The translations under genes and the position numbers were made by a program. From assembly GCA_025201805.1 (NCBI GenBank), contig MU619318.1, positions 1 through 64,000 on the forward strand: a DNA stretch of 64,000 bases, read 5' to 3'. The notes beneath the pieces were generated by a model. It searched no databases. It worked only from the letters and a program-made list of their open reading frames with translations, and was not told the origin of the DNA. The first letter of the stretch is position 1. Every line of letters starts with the position of its first letter. The DNA is from Parasitella parasitica NRRL 2501 (Eukaryota; Fungi; Mucoromycota). Below are positions 1-14,157 of the stretch, one piece after another.

Positions 1-447
1 AACTGTTTTTGCAGAAAACTTTTGATAGAGACATCGCCCAGTGGAAACCAAGGTATGCTCAGATAGCGATGATCATGCCTGTACTTATGGCGCATAAGAC
101 AGAGTTTATTTTGCTGTTTATCGAAGCCTATCATCGATTATATGCAATTCTGATATGAAAAGTATGGGTTTTCGCTTATGACTTTACAGATACGCCAGGT
201 ATTCGTTTATCCAATTATGTACCATTTTCCGCACAGATGTTTGAAGAAATAATAGTTGACTATTATTATTAAAGTTTCAGTTAAAAACTATATATCTGAC
301 TTGCTTAAAGCGAACAGTATTAATAGTTAAATGCAGCTCATTAAGAATAAATAAACTGTACATTTTATTCTTCTTATTAAACCACCTTTGTTCGATAAAT
401 CATTAATTAATTAATAAATCAAGAAGAGTCAAAATTGTATTATCCTA
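1..447 (+). mobile_element. Dispersed repeat copy A (internally shortened; runs off window start)
   Basis: 1-97 matches the reverse complement of 42763-42859 with 7 mismatches in 97 nt. ~225-447 matches the reverse complement of ~41311-41520 (shared gaataaaatgtacagttt, tagtttttaa.tgaaacttta). Confidence 0.75.
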
Positions 448-558
448 CAGCTTTTTATTTTTATTTTTATTTTTATAGCAAAATTCGCTGAAATATACAC
501 ATAACGAGGATTGTTGTTTGTATTTATTTGAAGACTATATCTTTTTTCGAATGTTGAA

Positions 559-3500
559 TTATTGTCTCCTTCTTTCTTCGTGTCTTTGAGCCAAGACCTG
601 GTTGATATTCTTTGCAAACCAATCTCGGCTTGTTCGCTCTTCAATTGTCAAAACATGAGCAGGTGCTTTTCTGAATTCCAAATGCACGCCATCATCTTTA
701 GATGCAACCGATTTCACGTTATCTAGCAGTATAGAGGACTCGGATTTCAAACTATCCGATCTAACGATCAAGATGCGAGTGTAGGTCAAGATTGCAATAA
801 TTTCATCATTGTCTACAATACTATGGGCGATATAAACCTCATTGAAAAACTTTCCACTTTCCATTTCTTTCAACCACATTTGGCCCAACGCTTCTCTTTG
901 AGAATAGGCCTAAACAGTGAGATGTTTAATCACGCTAGCCTGATACCGCTGAAAACCAATCACGTAGGGAAACACTTACTGTTACAATGCCATCCTTGCC
1001 CGTATATCTAGGAAGTCTTTCTCTCGTGATATCTCCTGCCTCAAAAACAGTAGTTGTTTCGCGGATACCTGCAGTAATGTTGCTTGCCATATCCAAGAAA
1101 CCAACCATCGGTTTCGTGAATGCGCTATATAGACGACAATATGAGTTTATCGTATCTGCAACCTACCAGGAAAAGCTTACCCTACAAGGCCTTTGCCTAC
1201 ACCGCCTACAAATCCAGCGACCCCACCAGATTCAGCGCCTTCAATAGGCCGTTTAACTAAACCAGCAAAACCGCTAGCTACGCTAGTGCCAAAGTATCCG
1301 ACACCCTGAGTAACGCCATATATTGCATGTGTAGGTTTGTTTCGAGTCATGTTCATTCGTCTCCTATCTTGAAATTTCTTGTCCATAGTGGCAGCTGAGA
1401 CGCCTTTACCCAAACTACCAGAGAATCTACTCAGGCTATCACTGATGCCAAACACGCCTTTCTTCATGAATCCACCTACACCCTTTGCAATGCCAATACC
1501 CAGGTCCTGAGGCCTATCACTCATGATGAAGCCTTGATAGGGTTCGTAAAAGAGCTCCCCAAAGCCAGAACTCAAAGTGTTGAACAATCCTACTGGATTA
1601 CCGAGAATATCGATACTACCCAAGACACGATGGATTTGATATACTACTTGTTCACGGTAATGTAGCATTATTCTAGCTGTCAAATCTTCGGAGCTAGCAC
1701 GCAAATTATCTACGATCAGAGCGTTCAACTTGATGGGCGCATCATTCATGTTGCCGATAGTCATTGTAAACACATTGAATACATAGCCCATTGCAGAGCT
1801 TTTTGAAGAAGTCCTACTTTGTTTGTTAATAGACAGCGCCGAAACGAGTTATTGTTTACACTTGCGTTGGGTCGTTATCCTCGATCTTTTCGGTTCGAAC
1901 AAAAGACAAATTCAATCGCATTGGTTGGATGCAGAACTCTTCAAAATAGTACAATGCTTCTTCCTTTTCAACAACAGGCTCTTCGATTGTCATCACATAC
2001 AAATCGGACCTACACATGAAAATATCAACAGCCTAGTTTACTGCATTATGTATCAAGCGTACCCTTTGTCTGTCTTTTTCTCTCCACTACTGAATTGAGC
2101 ATAATCTAGCATAGCGTATAAAAAGTCCTCGTCAATTTCAAATGTCATTTCTTGAAGCAGGAATGAAAAGAGCTTAAAGTATAGTACACCATGTCCTGAA
2201 GATAAAGTTATTAGAGGCATCTACTGGAACTCAATGATGTCGTCTACACTTACTGTCATCTTTGACCTTATCCAGAGCCAGGTGAAGTGTGGGGTGGGTA
2301 GATAATTCGCCAGCTACCTTGGGGAGTGTTGTTGGATAACACAAAATAGGGTATGTTGAATTGTATAGTTGATTGTCAATCTACAAATTTGGTATTAGAT
2401 AACAGGCTGCATTGTCACACAAAATCAACATGCCTGGAGCCATTGCAGACCAAGTCTCATTGACCGATACATATTAGAATCAGTGTATTTGAAGTCCAGA
2501 CCCTTTATAGTAGCAAAAGCCAGTTCCTGTTTATATGCGGGGAAGAAGAAGAAAAAAAAGTATTTATCAATGTCCAACACTACTGATAGCTTAAGGAATG
2601 ACTTACCTGAGCATGTCTGTTGATCAAGGAAATACCGAAGCCTGCCAAATTAAACTCTACCACGAAATTAACCACATGCTGTATCGTAACAGTTTCAAAG
2701 GCATCTCTAACACTGCCTTCTCTAGATGTAGAAGCCAGGGTGGATGTGCCAGAGGATTTAGGACGGTACAGACTCTTGGAAAGATCGAAATCAGTCAAAC
2801 GGAGCACCAAGGCAGAGTCATCGGCAAGCACATCAATAGACAGTGTATTATTTTCAAGACCACCATCACGATGTTTCATGTAACGGAAAGGCACTTGGGC
2901 ACCGATAGCTTGAAAGTTGATGCTGCGATGACGGTTACCCACAAGCAGTTCCAGTCGTTTTTCTTTAGCAACAGGGATATCCCATGAGTATCTAAATGTG
3001 CCTCCTGGAGGCAACGTAAATGTACGAGGCTCTTGGAATGCCTTCTTTTGCTTATCCTTGAGGTTGTAGTCCTCAAAATCGATGTTTTCTTGCTTAAAGT
3101 GCACCTCCATTTTTGATCCATTGACAATGTAATAGGGCCATTTATTGTCTTCGTTCAGCGTGATAAAGATGGTCGAGTCCCTAATGTGGACCGAGACTCG
3201 AACAAGGTAAGGAATGGTATTATCTCCCTTGTCCACTTTTACGTAGGTCTTGCCAATCTCTTGAATGTCGAAAGGCGCTGACCATCTGCTGCTTGAACCT
3301 TGCAGCTGGAGACAAAGCCATCTTACATTTGATTTTGCTGTTTGATAAAATGGCACCTTCTGGCCAGGATCAATCTCGCCAACTTCTTCATCACCAAATT
3401 CGCAAAATTTGAAACCAATATTCATGTTGTTTTTGATGATATATCGAGGAGTGATAGTGACAAGCTTGGTTAGCCTGAGGGTACCCGTGCCCTCTTCTAC

Positions 3501-6500
3501 CTTGATGCCCGCATGTCTTGCATAGGAATCCTGCTTTGACAATACTGTCACATCTTGACTATTTCCAACAGCTTCAAAACTGATAGGCTCGCTCCATTTA
3601 GAATCGTTGATAGAGATTTGCGCACGATTTTTATGGTCGATGTCAGGATATGAAAAGATGATGGGTTCGAGGGTTTCGCCCTCTTTGTATGCGGGGATGT
3701 CTTCAGCGGGAGAGCGGCCTTGTCGGTATCCTTGACGTTGTCTCAAGCAGATGGGTAGACCAGTCTTATTCAAGATAATGTAGGGCGCGTAGATACTAAT
3801 ATGCAATGCGTCTGTTGTGCTGGAGAATCTAGAAATGTTCATTTTGACGTTTGTGGGCACATCATTGTGATCAACAATGGTAATCTTTTGTCCAATAGAG
3901 CTATAGTTAGGTGTAGTGTTAATGGCAGATGCGCTGCTGCATTTGTATCTTTCTGATTTCAACCCGAGCTCAATTGTCAATGCTGTATCGGGCTTCATGT
4001 TGTACAATCGAGCTGTCTCGCCCTTTTCTACAAAAGAGTGCATCTTTTCGCCAGTAGCCTCGTCTGTCAAAATCAAGTCAAAATCAAAAGGCAGCAAGTT
4101 CTCTACTTCAATAGGAGGGCAGAATTGGATTTTCAATAACGGATACTGCTTCACCAAGGGGTTCTTTTTGTCGCATTGAACGTTGATTTGGTATTTATAG
4201 GACATCAGTTGGCCTGGGTTGTCTTCTAGCGGTAAACACTCTACAGATTTGGGCGCCTTTGGGAGCAAGACGTCAGACCACATCAGCATTTCAGTGCTCC
4301 AATGGTACTTGTCAGAGGGTCTAATGACAACCCAGCGAGCGTACGATAGTTCAATAGGCACATTGAATATCTCGAAAGGTTCAAGACAAACAATATCAGA
4401 GAGAATACGTCTCTCTTTGTTGACCATAACCATTTGCATCTCTTCTGAAGAGTTGTTTTGAAGCACCAGGCCACTTCTGAAAGTCACTGTTTTGATGTGA
4501 TTCTCGAGATGAATGTCTACAATCAAGCGATGATCAACATGCTTCACGGCAGGACGCAGACGGTAAGCACGCTCGCTCTCTGTGTCAACAGGTATGTGCA
4601 TTATGGGCTCCCAATCGAAAGCATCGATTTGGACACCAAACAAGTTTTTACCAATGTTGACTCTCTGTCAATGAATGAAATATGAGAAAAGATGCTATTT
4701 ACTTGCGCCCGCCATCATCTTACCTCTCTGCGCTTTTTCCAATCTCTGAAGGTCCAAGGTAACATTTCTCCTTGCTTCAATCTGAATACACGATTGTCGC
4801 CTTCTTCAACGTCGTCAGACATGTTCCAGAATGTAAGATCGTGGCCACTGAAGTTTCTAATGAGGTAGGGTCTCACTTGGGTTTGCGCAGTTTGAGCCAG
4901 TGGCTATATTCAACACGCATGGGTTATCAGCATTTACTCGGGGGGGGGGGGGGAAAATAAAAATAATTACCTTGGTTTGCGAGAGCGTTTCTGATACTGA
5001 CAAGAGGCTCTCCAGGAAAGTATGAGTGATATTCAAGTAGAGCAAGTCCTTTGATTGAAGCGCGACGTGGGTGGATTTATCAGCTGCGTCTTGAGAGACC
5101 TTGATACAAAAGCCCCAAGGCTCGATAATAGGCTCCCAATGAGAGTTTTTAAAATTAAAGTTGTTTGCTTTGAGTAAAAAGTCTACATCAGCATTCAATG
5201 ATCTTGTCCAATCTGACGCAGTTATGGTAAATGGGTTGATTTGGACGTCAACAAACGGGAGGTCGTGCAAATCTTCAATTAGAATGATTTGAATACCATC
5301 AAATACGGCAGACAACTATGGAAAGAGCACAAATTAGTAATGGGGCGGGGAGGGGGGATATAGAGCAAAGTAAGCGGTAAAACTTACGGATTCTTTGGAC
5401 ATGACAATAAAGGGCTCAATCCCTTTCGGTTTTTCCGTGTGGACAAGATTGGCACTGGATTCAGGAACATTCAGATAGTCTTCATTTTGATTTCCCAGCA
5501 ACATGGCATCGGAGGTGATTGATTCAATGTCTGACATGGATTCAGAAGAGGAAGGCTTGGGAGCAGTGTTTTGATCTGATGGTCCCATGAGTGCCATGAC
5601 TTTACTAGCGATATTCGATATCAACATGGCATCTTGGTATGACAAACGGAGAATGATGGGCTCTACCTTGAGCTTGATATTCATGAGGTTGTGTACAGTA
5701 TTTGTAGGAGCAGTGTCGATTTTCAACAAGACATTGAATTCTTCAACAAAATGCATAGTCGATTCTGCTATATTGTCCATGCGACACAAAACCATGCCAA
5801 TACCATCCAAATGAACCTCCAAGTTGGCCTGCTGGATTACAGTGAGTTGATTGAATGACAAAATAACGGCTTCAGAAGCAGCATTCTCGGGATTTGCAAG
5901 GCAGATTACACGGAGGTCAACGATATTCACGTTGTAATTCATCACTGTAGAAGGTGCTTGGTTTTGTGCTTGCAGTTGCTTTGCATCGGCTTCCTTTTTG
6001 TTCGTGTTTTGGTTATAAGATAGAGCATACTTCTGTGCCTCAGTTGGTTCAAGAACAACAAAGGGGCCCATAAAGAAATCCTTGACCAAAAACAGGTAGT
6101 CTAGCGATAATACAATCTTGGGGCTGTCCACAGTGACATTCATGTCCATGACAGAAATGCATCCATCTTTATAAGACGAGAGTTTAAACTGGAATTGAGG
6201 GCCATCCAGCTTGTTTGCAGGAAGAATCTCTCTAAATTTTGATTTCGATTGTGCTCTTGTGTCTGCAAAATTGATGGATTGGATACCAACTTCCATAAGC
6301 ATACATTCGTTCGACATGTTTTGCAATTTCAAGTAGATGCCGTCAAATGCAAGCTTGGATAGCGTGTGCTTCTCCTTGTCGTCGACCTCTGAGTCTTCAC
6401 CGTTCAGGATTTCAAGATAGACAGTGTTCAGTTTGACGACAAGATCCAGATTAATCTTATTGGCAACTTCTTTGATGCTGGGCACGTCTGCTTGAGGTGA

Positions 6501-9500
6501 TGCGACTGATAATCGAGAGTGCGATGAGCTGGTAGTTAACGTGCCTTCGTCAGGGGTGTCTGTCGTAGATTTAGGGTCATCTGGAGCAGCAGCCAGAAAC
6601 TCTTTTTGGATAAACTCCCAAGTTTCCAATAACGATTTGTACTGTCTTTCAGTCAAAGCCATGCGAACGTCGGATATGTTGCCTACAATTTGTGATCCAG
6701 GACCAACGGCTTCGTTGGCATCCTCAGGATTCTCAATGTCAAAGACAATATCCAAATTATCGATGATAGGAAGGACATGCTTGTTGACATCTCCCTTATA
6801 ATCATGAGTGACAGCAGTGGAATATAGGCTGATATCGTAGAGGCCGCAGTTGATATGAGTGACAGCAACCATGGCAGATTGAGGCACGTGCTTCAAGTCT
6901 CGTCTGTGCACTTCAAGGAACGAGTTATTCGCTCTAATTTCACCCAAATTAGCAATAAGCGTATCCGTCTTTTTGTTCTCGCCCACTGGGAAAACCAATA
7001 CAGGGCTTTTGACCTTGATATCAAAGTGGAAGCGGCTATTTTCAGCGCCTTCTTTGATTTGCTGCGCTGTTTCCACTGCTGCACTTCTGGCAACATCATA
7101 CACGTTCTTCATTTCAAGGAACTCTTGCAAAAAGTTCAATGTTGGCTTTACAGATTCCGTAACAAGCAAGCGAATGGCTCCCATCTTTAGCTCAAACTTT
7201 TGGTTGTAGCCAGGGTATTCAGCAGCCTTTGCGTCGTATGTTTTGTAAGTGAAAGCAGCCAATTCATCACCTACGATACTGATGATGTAGGTTTCGGAGA
7301 CACCCGTGGATGTGCCGAATGACTGTACAGAGTCGTTGTTGCTTTCAGTGGTCACCGTGTCATCTGATAGCGTAAAGTTTCCGAATTTACCGTCTACTTG
7401 GATAGTCTTGGGCTCAAGCATAATGATAATATCCCCAAAGCTTAATTCACCAGTGCCAAGTCGCCTGCCTTCGTTATTTAAAATGATGTTGACGCTATCC
7501 ATGTGGATTGCCACCTTCATTCTATTGCCCTTACTGCTTGCGTTCTCTGTAGACGCTGGCTTGGTCGGCATGCTAGGCTTATAAAGAGAGTCAGATAATA
7601 CGGAATGCGTGTCAAAGCCTGAACGTTGTTCACTACTAATCGCTTGTTTTCCGGTTTTCTGATCCGTGTTGGCAGCAGGCGGAGCTGTAAATGTGTTCAT
7701 GATCCAATTGTAAATTCTCAACAAAGACTTTCTAGTGACGACAACGGTCAGTGTAGAAAGAACAACATCGATAGTTTGATCATAGCCTTGGTACACATCG
7801 TAGAAGCCTGGATGACTACTTGATGCCTTTCTGTATTTGACATTGACCAGATTTTTGTCATTTGTACGACCAAATGCGTTCTTTCGATCGATGATGTCTG
7901 AAGTGACCAAATAGTGAAAGTCGCCCTCATGCTCCATTTTATCAGCCACGCTGAGAGCCTTAAGAGACACATCCACCAGTAAATCATCAGGTCGAGTTAA
8001 CACAACCAGTTCAAAGCTTTCTAGTAAAATCTCACATAGCAGCGTCTCCTGTATGGCATCGATAGCGGATGTTTCGTAGATGGAGGCGGATACCTTGTCC
8101 ACGTGAAACGTTAATTTGAACTGCTCGACTTTAGACGAAGCGATGGTTGCGCCCTGAGACGCAAAAGTAGTTGGTGTATCACAGCGGCTGTCAATGGATG
8201 CCAAATCACTACCATCGTCCAGTAAAAGAGCCTGGTCATCTCGCGAGCCCCAAAAGTGCTCGGTGATGACATTCCCAGTGCTGGAATGAGCGGCTTCCTG
8301 CAATTGGGGTCTCTTTGCTGTTTGAGGTGAATCGTCCGAATCGTCATCGGAATCATCGTCTGATTTAGGCACCATAAAATCAACAATGCGCATCAGTGTC
8401 TTGTATTTGCTGTCTGACAAGTTGATAGATAGTAAGGGCAAATGTCCAGATACTTTCATTTTAGTGAATTCAGTCTTTCCTGGAAGAATACAAAGTTCAA
8501 TCAAGAAGCTCATGTCGATTCTCTCAATGAAACGAGCATCAACGCCACTTTGGGAAGGATGGTCTTGTAGCTGCCACAAGCATTCCTTTGTGTTGCTACC
8601 AATAAGCACCTTTGTTTGGCTCAATTGCAAGTTGAATTTGTCGTACATGAGACCCTCAAGAGTTTTGGTGTCCTGTACGCTGTATGTCTGGATGTCCTTG
8701 CTTTTGATTTCATCCACAACTTGTTTATCAGCTAATTGGCTGTCTATATTGATATGACCTGCGTCAATAATCATAACAGGCGAATCTTGGCTGGTCAGAC
8801 TGGATGTGCGAGATGTGTGAGATGTGTGAGATGTGTGAGAGATCCAGTAATGACTTGTATTAATCTCTACAAAGAGTTTTACCTTTCAGGAATGATGATG
8901 ATGGGAGCATTCATGTCTACATTTAAATCAAATGTTGTATGTGTTTCTAATGCAAACTCCAATCCAGCCCTTGTCTGTGTCTTGAATCCCTCAAAGGTGT
9001 CTCCAGCAACAGCAATGAGCGCATTGACACTTTCCATCTTGGAGCTTGGCGGTTTGAAGAATTTCATGATGCCAGCAATGACTACAGGACTGTAGATGAT
9101 TTCCAAATGTCTCATTTTGAGAGTGAATGCGTTGTCTGCATGTTTACTGATGGGCTTCTTTTCAAATACCATGGCAAAAAATGGCTCTGCTTCCTTAGTG
9201 TCTGCAGCCTCCAAGAGTGAGTTTGATTTTCTACGTTCTCTTTCAGTCATATTGTTCTTGATATCAAGCAGAGAAGAGCTATAGCGATGGTGCTGTCAGT
9301 GCATGTAGTTTATCTTTGCAGAAAAAAAAAAAAGAAAGAAAAACTTACTCTTTGCTGTTGTTCTTTTTTACGCCTATCAGCTGGTGATATATGGTATCCT
9401 TGGTTGATCCATCAAACAGTTGTAAATCTCCCAAAGCGGCAGCAACTTTCATCGATTCCAGATACTGAGTGACATCAATGCTGACAGAATCAAATACTAT

Positions 9501-11574
9501 GGATAGAAGCTCCAGCTCAGTCGGCTTTTTGACATCTTGCCTTAATGTAAAGGATCCACGATTAAGCTTTGTGTTGATGATGAATTTTTTAGTCTATATT
9601 ATGATATAGTTAGCAGAATTCAAGTAAGCTTGCATGAAATTTAATGCCATACATCTTTGGGTATGTCAACAGCTGTGGCAATAGCAGCTTTATCCTCGTC
9701 ATATTCAATAGCATCGTACAGCTCTCTCTTTTGTTCCTCTGTGATCTGAATTGATCCAGTCTCATCTTCAGTTGTCTCTTCGGTTTTGTTTGCTGGTGTT
9801 GCCCCACTAATCCATCCCCACCATCCAACTTTGGCATTTTCAGCTTTCTTTTTTTCATTTTCTCTATCAATTCTGATCTTTTCACGACGAAGCTTTGACT
9901 TGGCCATGCTTCTGTAGAATCGAATATCCTCGAATGTTAAATCATGCTCCAACTTTTTCAGGGCGGCTTTATTTTCAGACGTTGCCTTCTTTGTTTTCTC
10001 GGCAATATAGCATTCGATGTATTGCAGCCTCTGATCCCGGCGAGTTTTAAAGTGTTCCCATGTCCACTTGTAATTCTTGGCATGAATTTCAGAGAGGATC
10101 GCTTTTCCCGCAAACTGAAAGAATTCTCGGGGGTGCGTTTTAGCAGTTTTGCCCTTCTCTGGATGGAATTTGAGGTACTGATTTTTGCGTTATTTATTTG
10201 AGTTTTGGCATGCTTCTTGAGAGTATTTACCTTTTGCTTCTTTAGGTTTGCATGGAAGAGATCTATCATTAAAATAGCATCTCGGTATTGGTGGTCATCA
10301 AGGCCAAAGGCAAGCTCATCGAATAACAAGATGACATCTGTTTTTGGTATATCCCCTCCGTAGTTTTTGTTTAATTTAACCTATATATATGTATATATAT
10401 ATTAGGATCGAGTATTAGACATCGAGGTTTTACAAGCATTACAAAGGTTGTCACTTTACTTTTCCAGTACCAGACACAGGTCTAAGAATATATTGGTGCT
10501 CCTTTGGATAGTTTGATGCATTTGGAATCTATGATTTCATACTCTAGCTTACTAAACCCGATTTTATCCATTGAACGCTTACCAAATCGGTGTATACTTG
10601 TGCTGCTTCTTCATGATGCATGCCTGAAAGGGAGCGCGAATCAGTGTTCCAGTAAACTGATAATGATTCCAATGTGGCAAGCTTTTCGATAAAATAATTT
10701 AATCAGTTTACGTCTGCAAAGATCAACCCGCTTTATAAAATCCATTTTTTTTACCTTATTGATGGTAGTAGTTGGCTCGCTGATAAATTTGGGTACCCAT
10801 TCCTCATCAGTCGATAGCGCACTTAATTCCTTGAGAGTAACTCCTGCGGCAAAAGAGTGGCCGGGATCAGAAATGTTGTCTTCATAACGGATGTGGACAT
10901 TTTTCATAGTAAACTGCAAGTTATCCACAATTTTATTTGTAAGCTGGTTGATAAATCCATCGCTCCCTTTTGCATTTTTGTCGTTCTTTTGCTCGGTTTG
11001 AGCTTCTGGCGATTCGAGCATTTCAGCAGTAGATAATCGGCGGCGCTTCAACTCCTGAGCACGCTCTTCCTCCTCCTCAACAGTAACCTGTCAATTGCGG
11101 ATACATTGTTAGGCATACATGTACACAAGCTCGCTACAGTCCTTACAGTTGATTCGTTTTTAGGCTCTGCAAGCAAGTACACGTGGTCAATGATGACTTT
11201 GACAGGCTCATTTCGTAAGTTTGACCAAGGAATAATCAGTGTAAGTTCACCCAAATAGCCTACAGACAAAGATTTAGCACTGGCGAAACATTGTCGAAAA
11301 AAAAAAAAAAAAAAAAAAAAACAAGGCGTAACCTTCAGATACATTGATGGGAAGATCGAGTTTATCCAGCGCGTCTCGCCTGAGTTTAAGATTCCTAAGG
11401 TTTACCTCACCTTGGATACATTTGCATTAGTCCTTTTGCTTCAAACAAAAGCAGCGCAATTGCTAGTATCACCTTACCATTCCAAATACCAATTTTAAGC
11501 TGATCATAATTCAGATTAGAGACATAATTTTTCAAGAAACGGTTCAATATGCTCGCCACGAGTGACTCTAACAT
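559..11574 (-). CDS. VPS13: Vacuolar protein sorting protein 13 (chorein-family bridge-like lipid transfer protein), ~17 introns
   Basis: Chorein N-terminus MLESLVASILNRFLKNYVSNLNYDQLKIGIWNGEV..LDKLDLPINVSEGYLGELTLIIPWSNL; IVDNLQFTMKNVHIRYED; NFKNSHWEPIIEPW; TKLVTITPRYIIKN; WLQIDNQL; C-terminal GSIDILGNPVGLF and KPMVGFLDMAS. Exons join in frame at GT(GC)-AG sites from ATG 11574 to stop 559. Confidence 0.96.
8803..8840. repeat. 9-nt minisatellite (GATGTGTGA)x~4 inside a VPS13 intron
   Basis: gatgtgcgagatgtgtgagatgtgtgagatgtgtgaga, next to the intron acceptor. Confidence 0.85.
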
Positions 11575-12056
11575 ATCAAAGTAGGTTGTTGTTGTTTTTT
11601 TTTCTGAAACGTTGGATGAAAAAAAGAAAAGGCTACACAAATGCAAATGCTGTATTTTATACAGTTTGCGCAAGTCGCATAAGACAGGCTTCGACATTGA
11701 AGCCCAGTTGAAAGTATTCTTGTTCTCAGAACTCTGAAGCAAGCCAGGCACACTGAAAAACAAACATGTTATGCTGATGTTTCATGACGTTTCAAGGTTT
11801 CCCAAACATTCGTGATGGCAGGACGCATCACAAAAATATCGGCTCTCAGAAGAAATAAAAATCATATATCGTTACTGATATACAAGGCAAATGATTCATT
11901 CAAATATTTATTATCATTTTTTTTTAATGCGCAATTTATGATTCTGTTGATCCTGTTTGAGCTGTTTGCAGATATTTTGTTTGTGTGCGATTTTTGAAGA
12001 AAAGAAAAGTGAGGGTTATAAACGAATAATTATAGAAGAAAAGAGAGAGCGATGGT

Positions 12057-14126
12057 TTAATTTACAGTGTTTTCTTCGTCTATCAGAGAGACAATGTCAG
12101 ATAATTCACGTAAAATCTCTGGGTCAGTAGTTGGCTTCAGCATGGATAACATGAGTTTTTCACGGACGACAGGCATATCTAAAATACGGCTTGCCATTTC
12201 AGAGACGGATAATTGGTCGCCATCGTCATTCTTTTCGTCCTTTTTGTTTGCAACGTTGGCATTGTTGTATTGAGAAAGAGCCTCCAGTGGCCTCTGTTGC
12301 TGCTGACGGTTATTGCGTCGTCGGATGCCATCGCCACCGCAAATCAAAGAGCGGATCAACTCCATGCCACGCTTTGTAGCTAGTCCAAACTGTGGATTTC
12401 CTGATTCGGCCAACGTGATACCCAGTCGAATAATCATCATGCCAATGCTCCTGTTTTTCTGGACCAGCTGCTGCTTTAAGCTTTCTAGTTGCACAATGGC
12501 CACAATGTTGTATAATCCTATGATTGTTAATTCTAGCGTCGCCAGCTGATTTGAAGTCATGGCATGCATGACGCGGCCATCTACTGAAAAGAAGTCTCTG
12601 CGGATGACGGCTGTCAGTTCTAACCAGATGTCTTGAATTAGATTAAAGATAGGCTCCTTGGATACCAGTGTATGAAGCAATTGACGATTGTCATGATTGA
12701 CTGTCAGTTTGGTCCATGTTTCAATTGCCAATAATGAGTAGTAGGTATCAGGGCCATTGACTAGAAAGTCGTACGTTAATTGAACAAGCACCGCCGCTGT
12801 CTTTTCTTGGCGCAGGACCAGATAGATGGAAATGTTTGAAAATATCAGCAAGATGCTCTTGCGGAATTCCAGTGTATCCATGCGACGAATGCCAACAAAC
12901 CACGCCTCCTTGCCAGTCGTATCGCAGCCATCTACTGTGCTCACTTGACGGGAACTGTCAGCAATGTCAGCAAGCAGCTGCACAAACCGAGCATGTCTGG
13001 CCAAATACTCGATATTTTCAACCATAAACGATAAATTACGCAGAATGTTGAAAATGCACAAGCAACGTTCGCGAAGTGAGAGCCAAGCATCCGACGTTGA
13101 GTTTTCTAGTTGCGGGATCAGGCTCTTCATTTCATCCAACGACATGTCAAACAGGTCCGTGTAAGTCAAATCGCGCAGCACTTGCTGTTGCTCCTCTTTT
13201 TCGTTTCTTTGCACAGCTTTTGACTCGTTGACGACAGTAGGGAATCGACTGTTGGTGCCCAAAATATCCTCCTCCAAATAGTCCAGCAGGACGTCCAGCA
13301 GATCATCACATTGATTCAAAGGCAAATGCGGCGGTTGCTGCTGCTGCTGCGGCTGCTGCTGCGCATGGTTTGGAGGTTGGACGGTAAGCACAGTGAGGAC
13401 ATTCAGCGCGTTGGCAAGTTCCATCTTCATGCCGGATTTAAGCGACATGATTAGTGCCTGGATGTCAATCAGCCCCAATTCGTTTAGATGAGGTACGGGG
13501 GGTTTGATTTCAAACTTGTCAAAGTATTTCAAATCAACACCACCATAGGTTTCTACATTGCGTGTCTTTGGCATATACGTAACTTGCTGCTTGGAGAGTT
13601 GAGGTGAGTTTTTCTGATCTGATGTCGGCGTTGTCGTTGTCGTTGTCGCTGCTGCTGGGGCTGCTGGAGCTGCTGGTGAAGCAGTTTCGGATGGCGCATT
13701 GGATGGCTTGGGTGATGGGGAAGTGGTTGTGGTCATAGCTGAAGCCATGGCGTTTGTGGATGTCATTGGGGTGGTTTTGCCACTCAACGCTTGAGCAGCA
13801 GCGACGGCAGGGCTTATGTGCGGAGTGCTTGGGTCTATCTGTAGGTTCTGTTGACGTGGAGTAGAATGGGTGCTACCAGGCGTAGCCGATTGACGCGGGA
13901 TAGCAGATGAATGTTGTTGCATGGGTGATTGTTGAACAAAATTCATGTTTGCATTGTAGTTTTTAGGCTGCCCTTCCATCAACTCTTGCTGATGTTGCTG
14001 GTGAGGCATTTGGGGCTGCGGTTGATGCTGAGGGGAGCCATAAGACGGTACTGGTGGATTGTGTAGTGAGGGAGAGACATTATTCATGTTTTGTTGCTGT
14101 TGCTGAAGCATGGCTTGCTGCTGCTG

Positions 14127-14157
<31 letters not shown>

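Noticed and set aside
4939-4953. Poly-G run as a functional G-quadruplex or frameshift site
   Set aside because: Intronic homopolymer; similar A/C/G runs occur in many introns here
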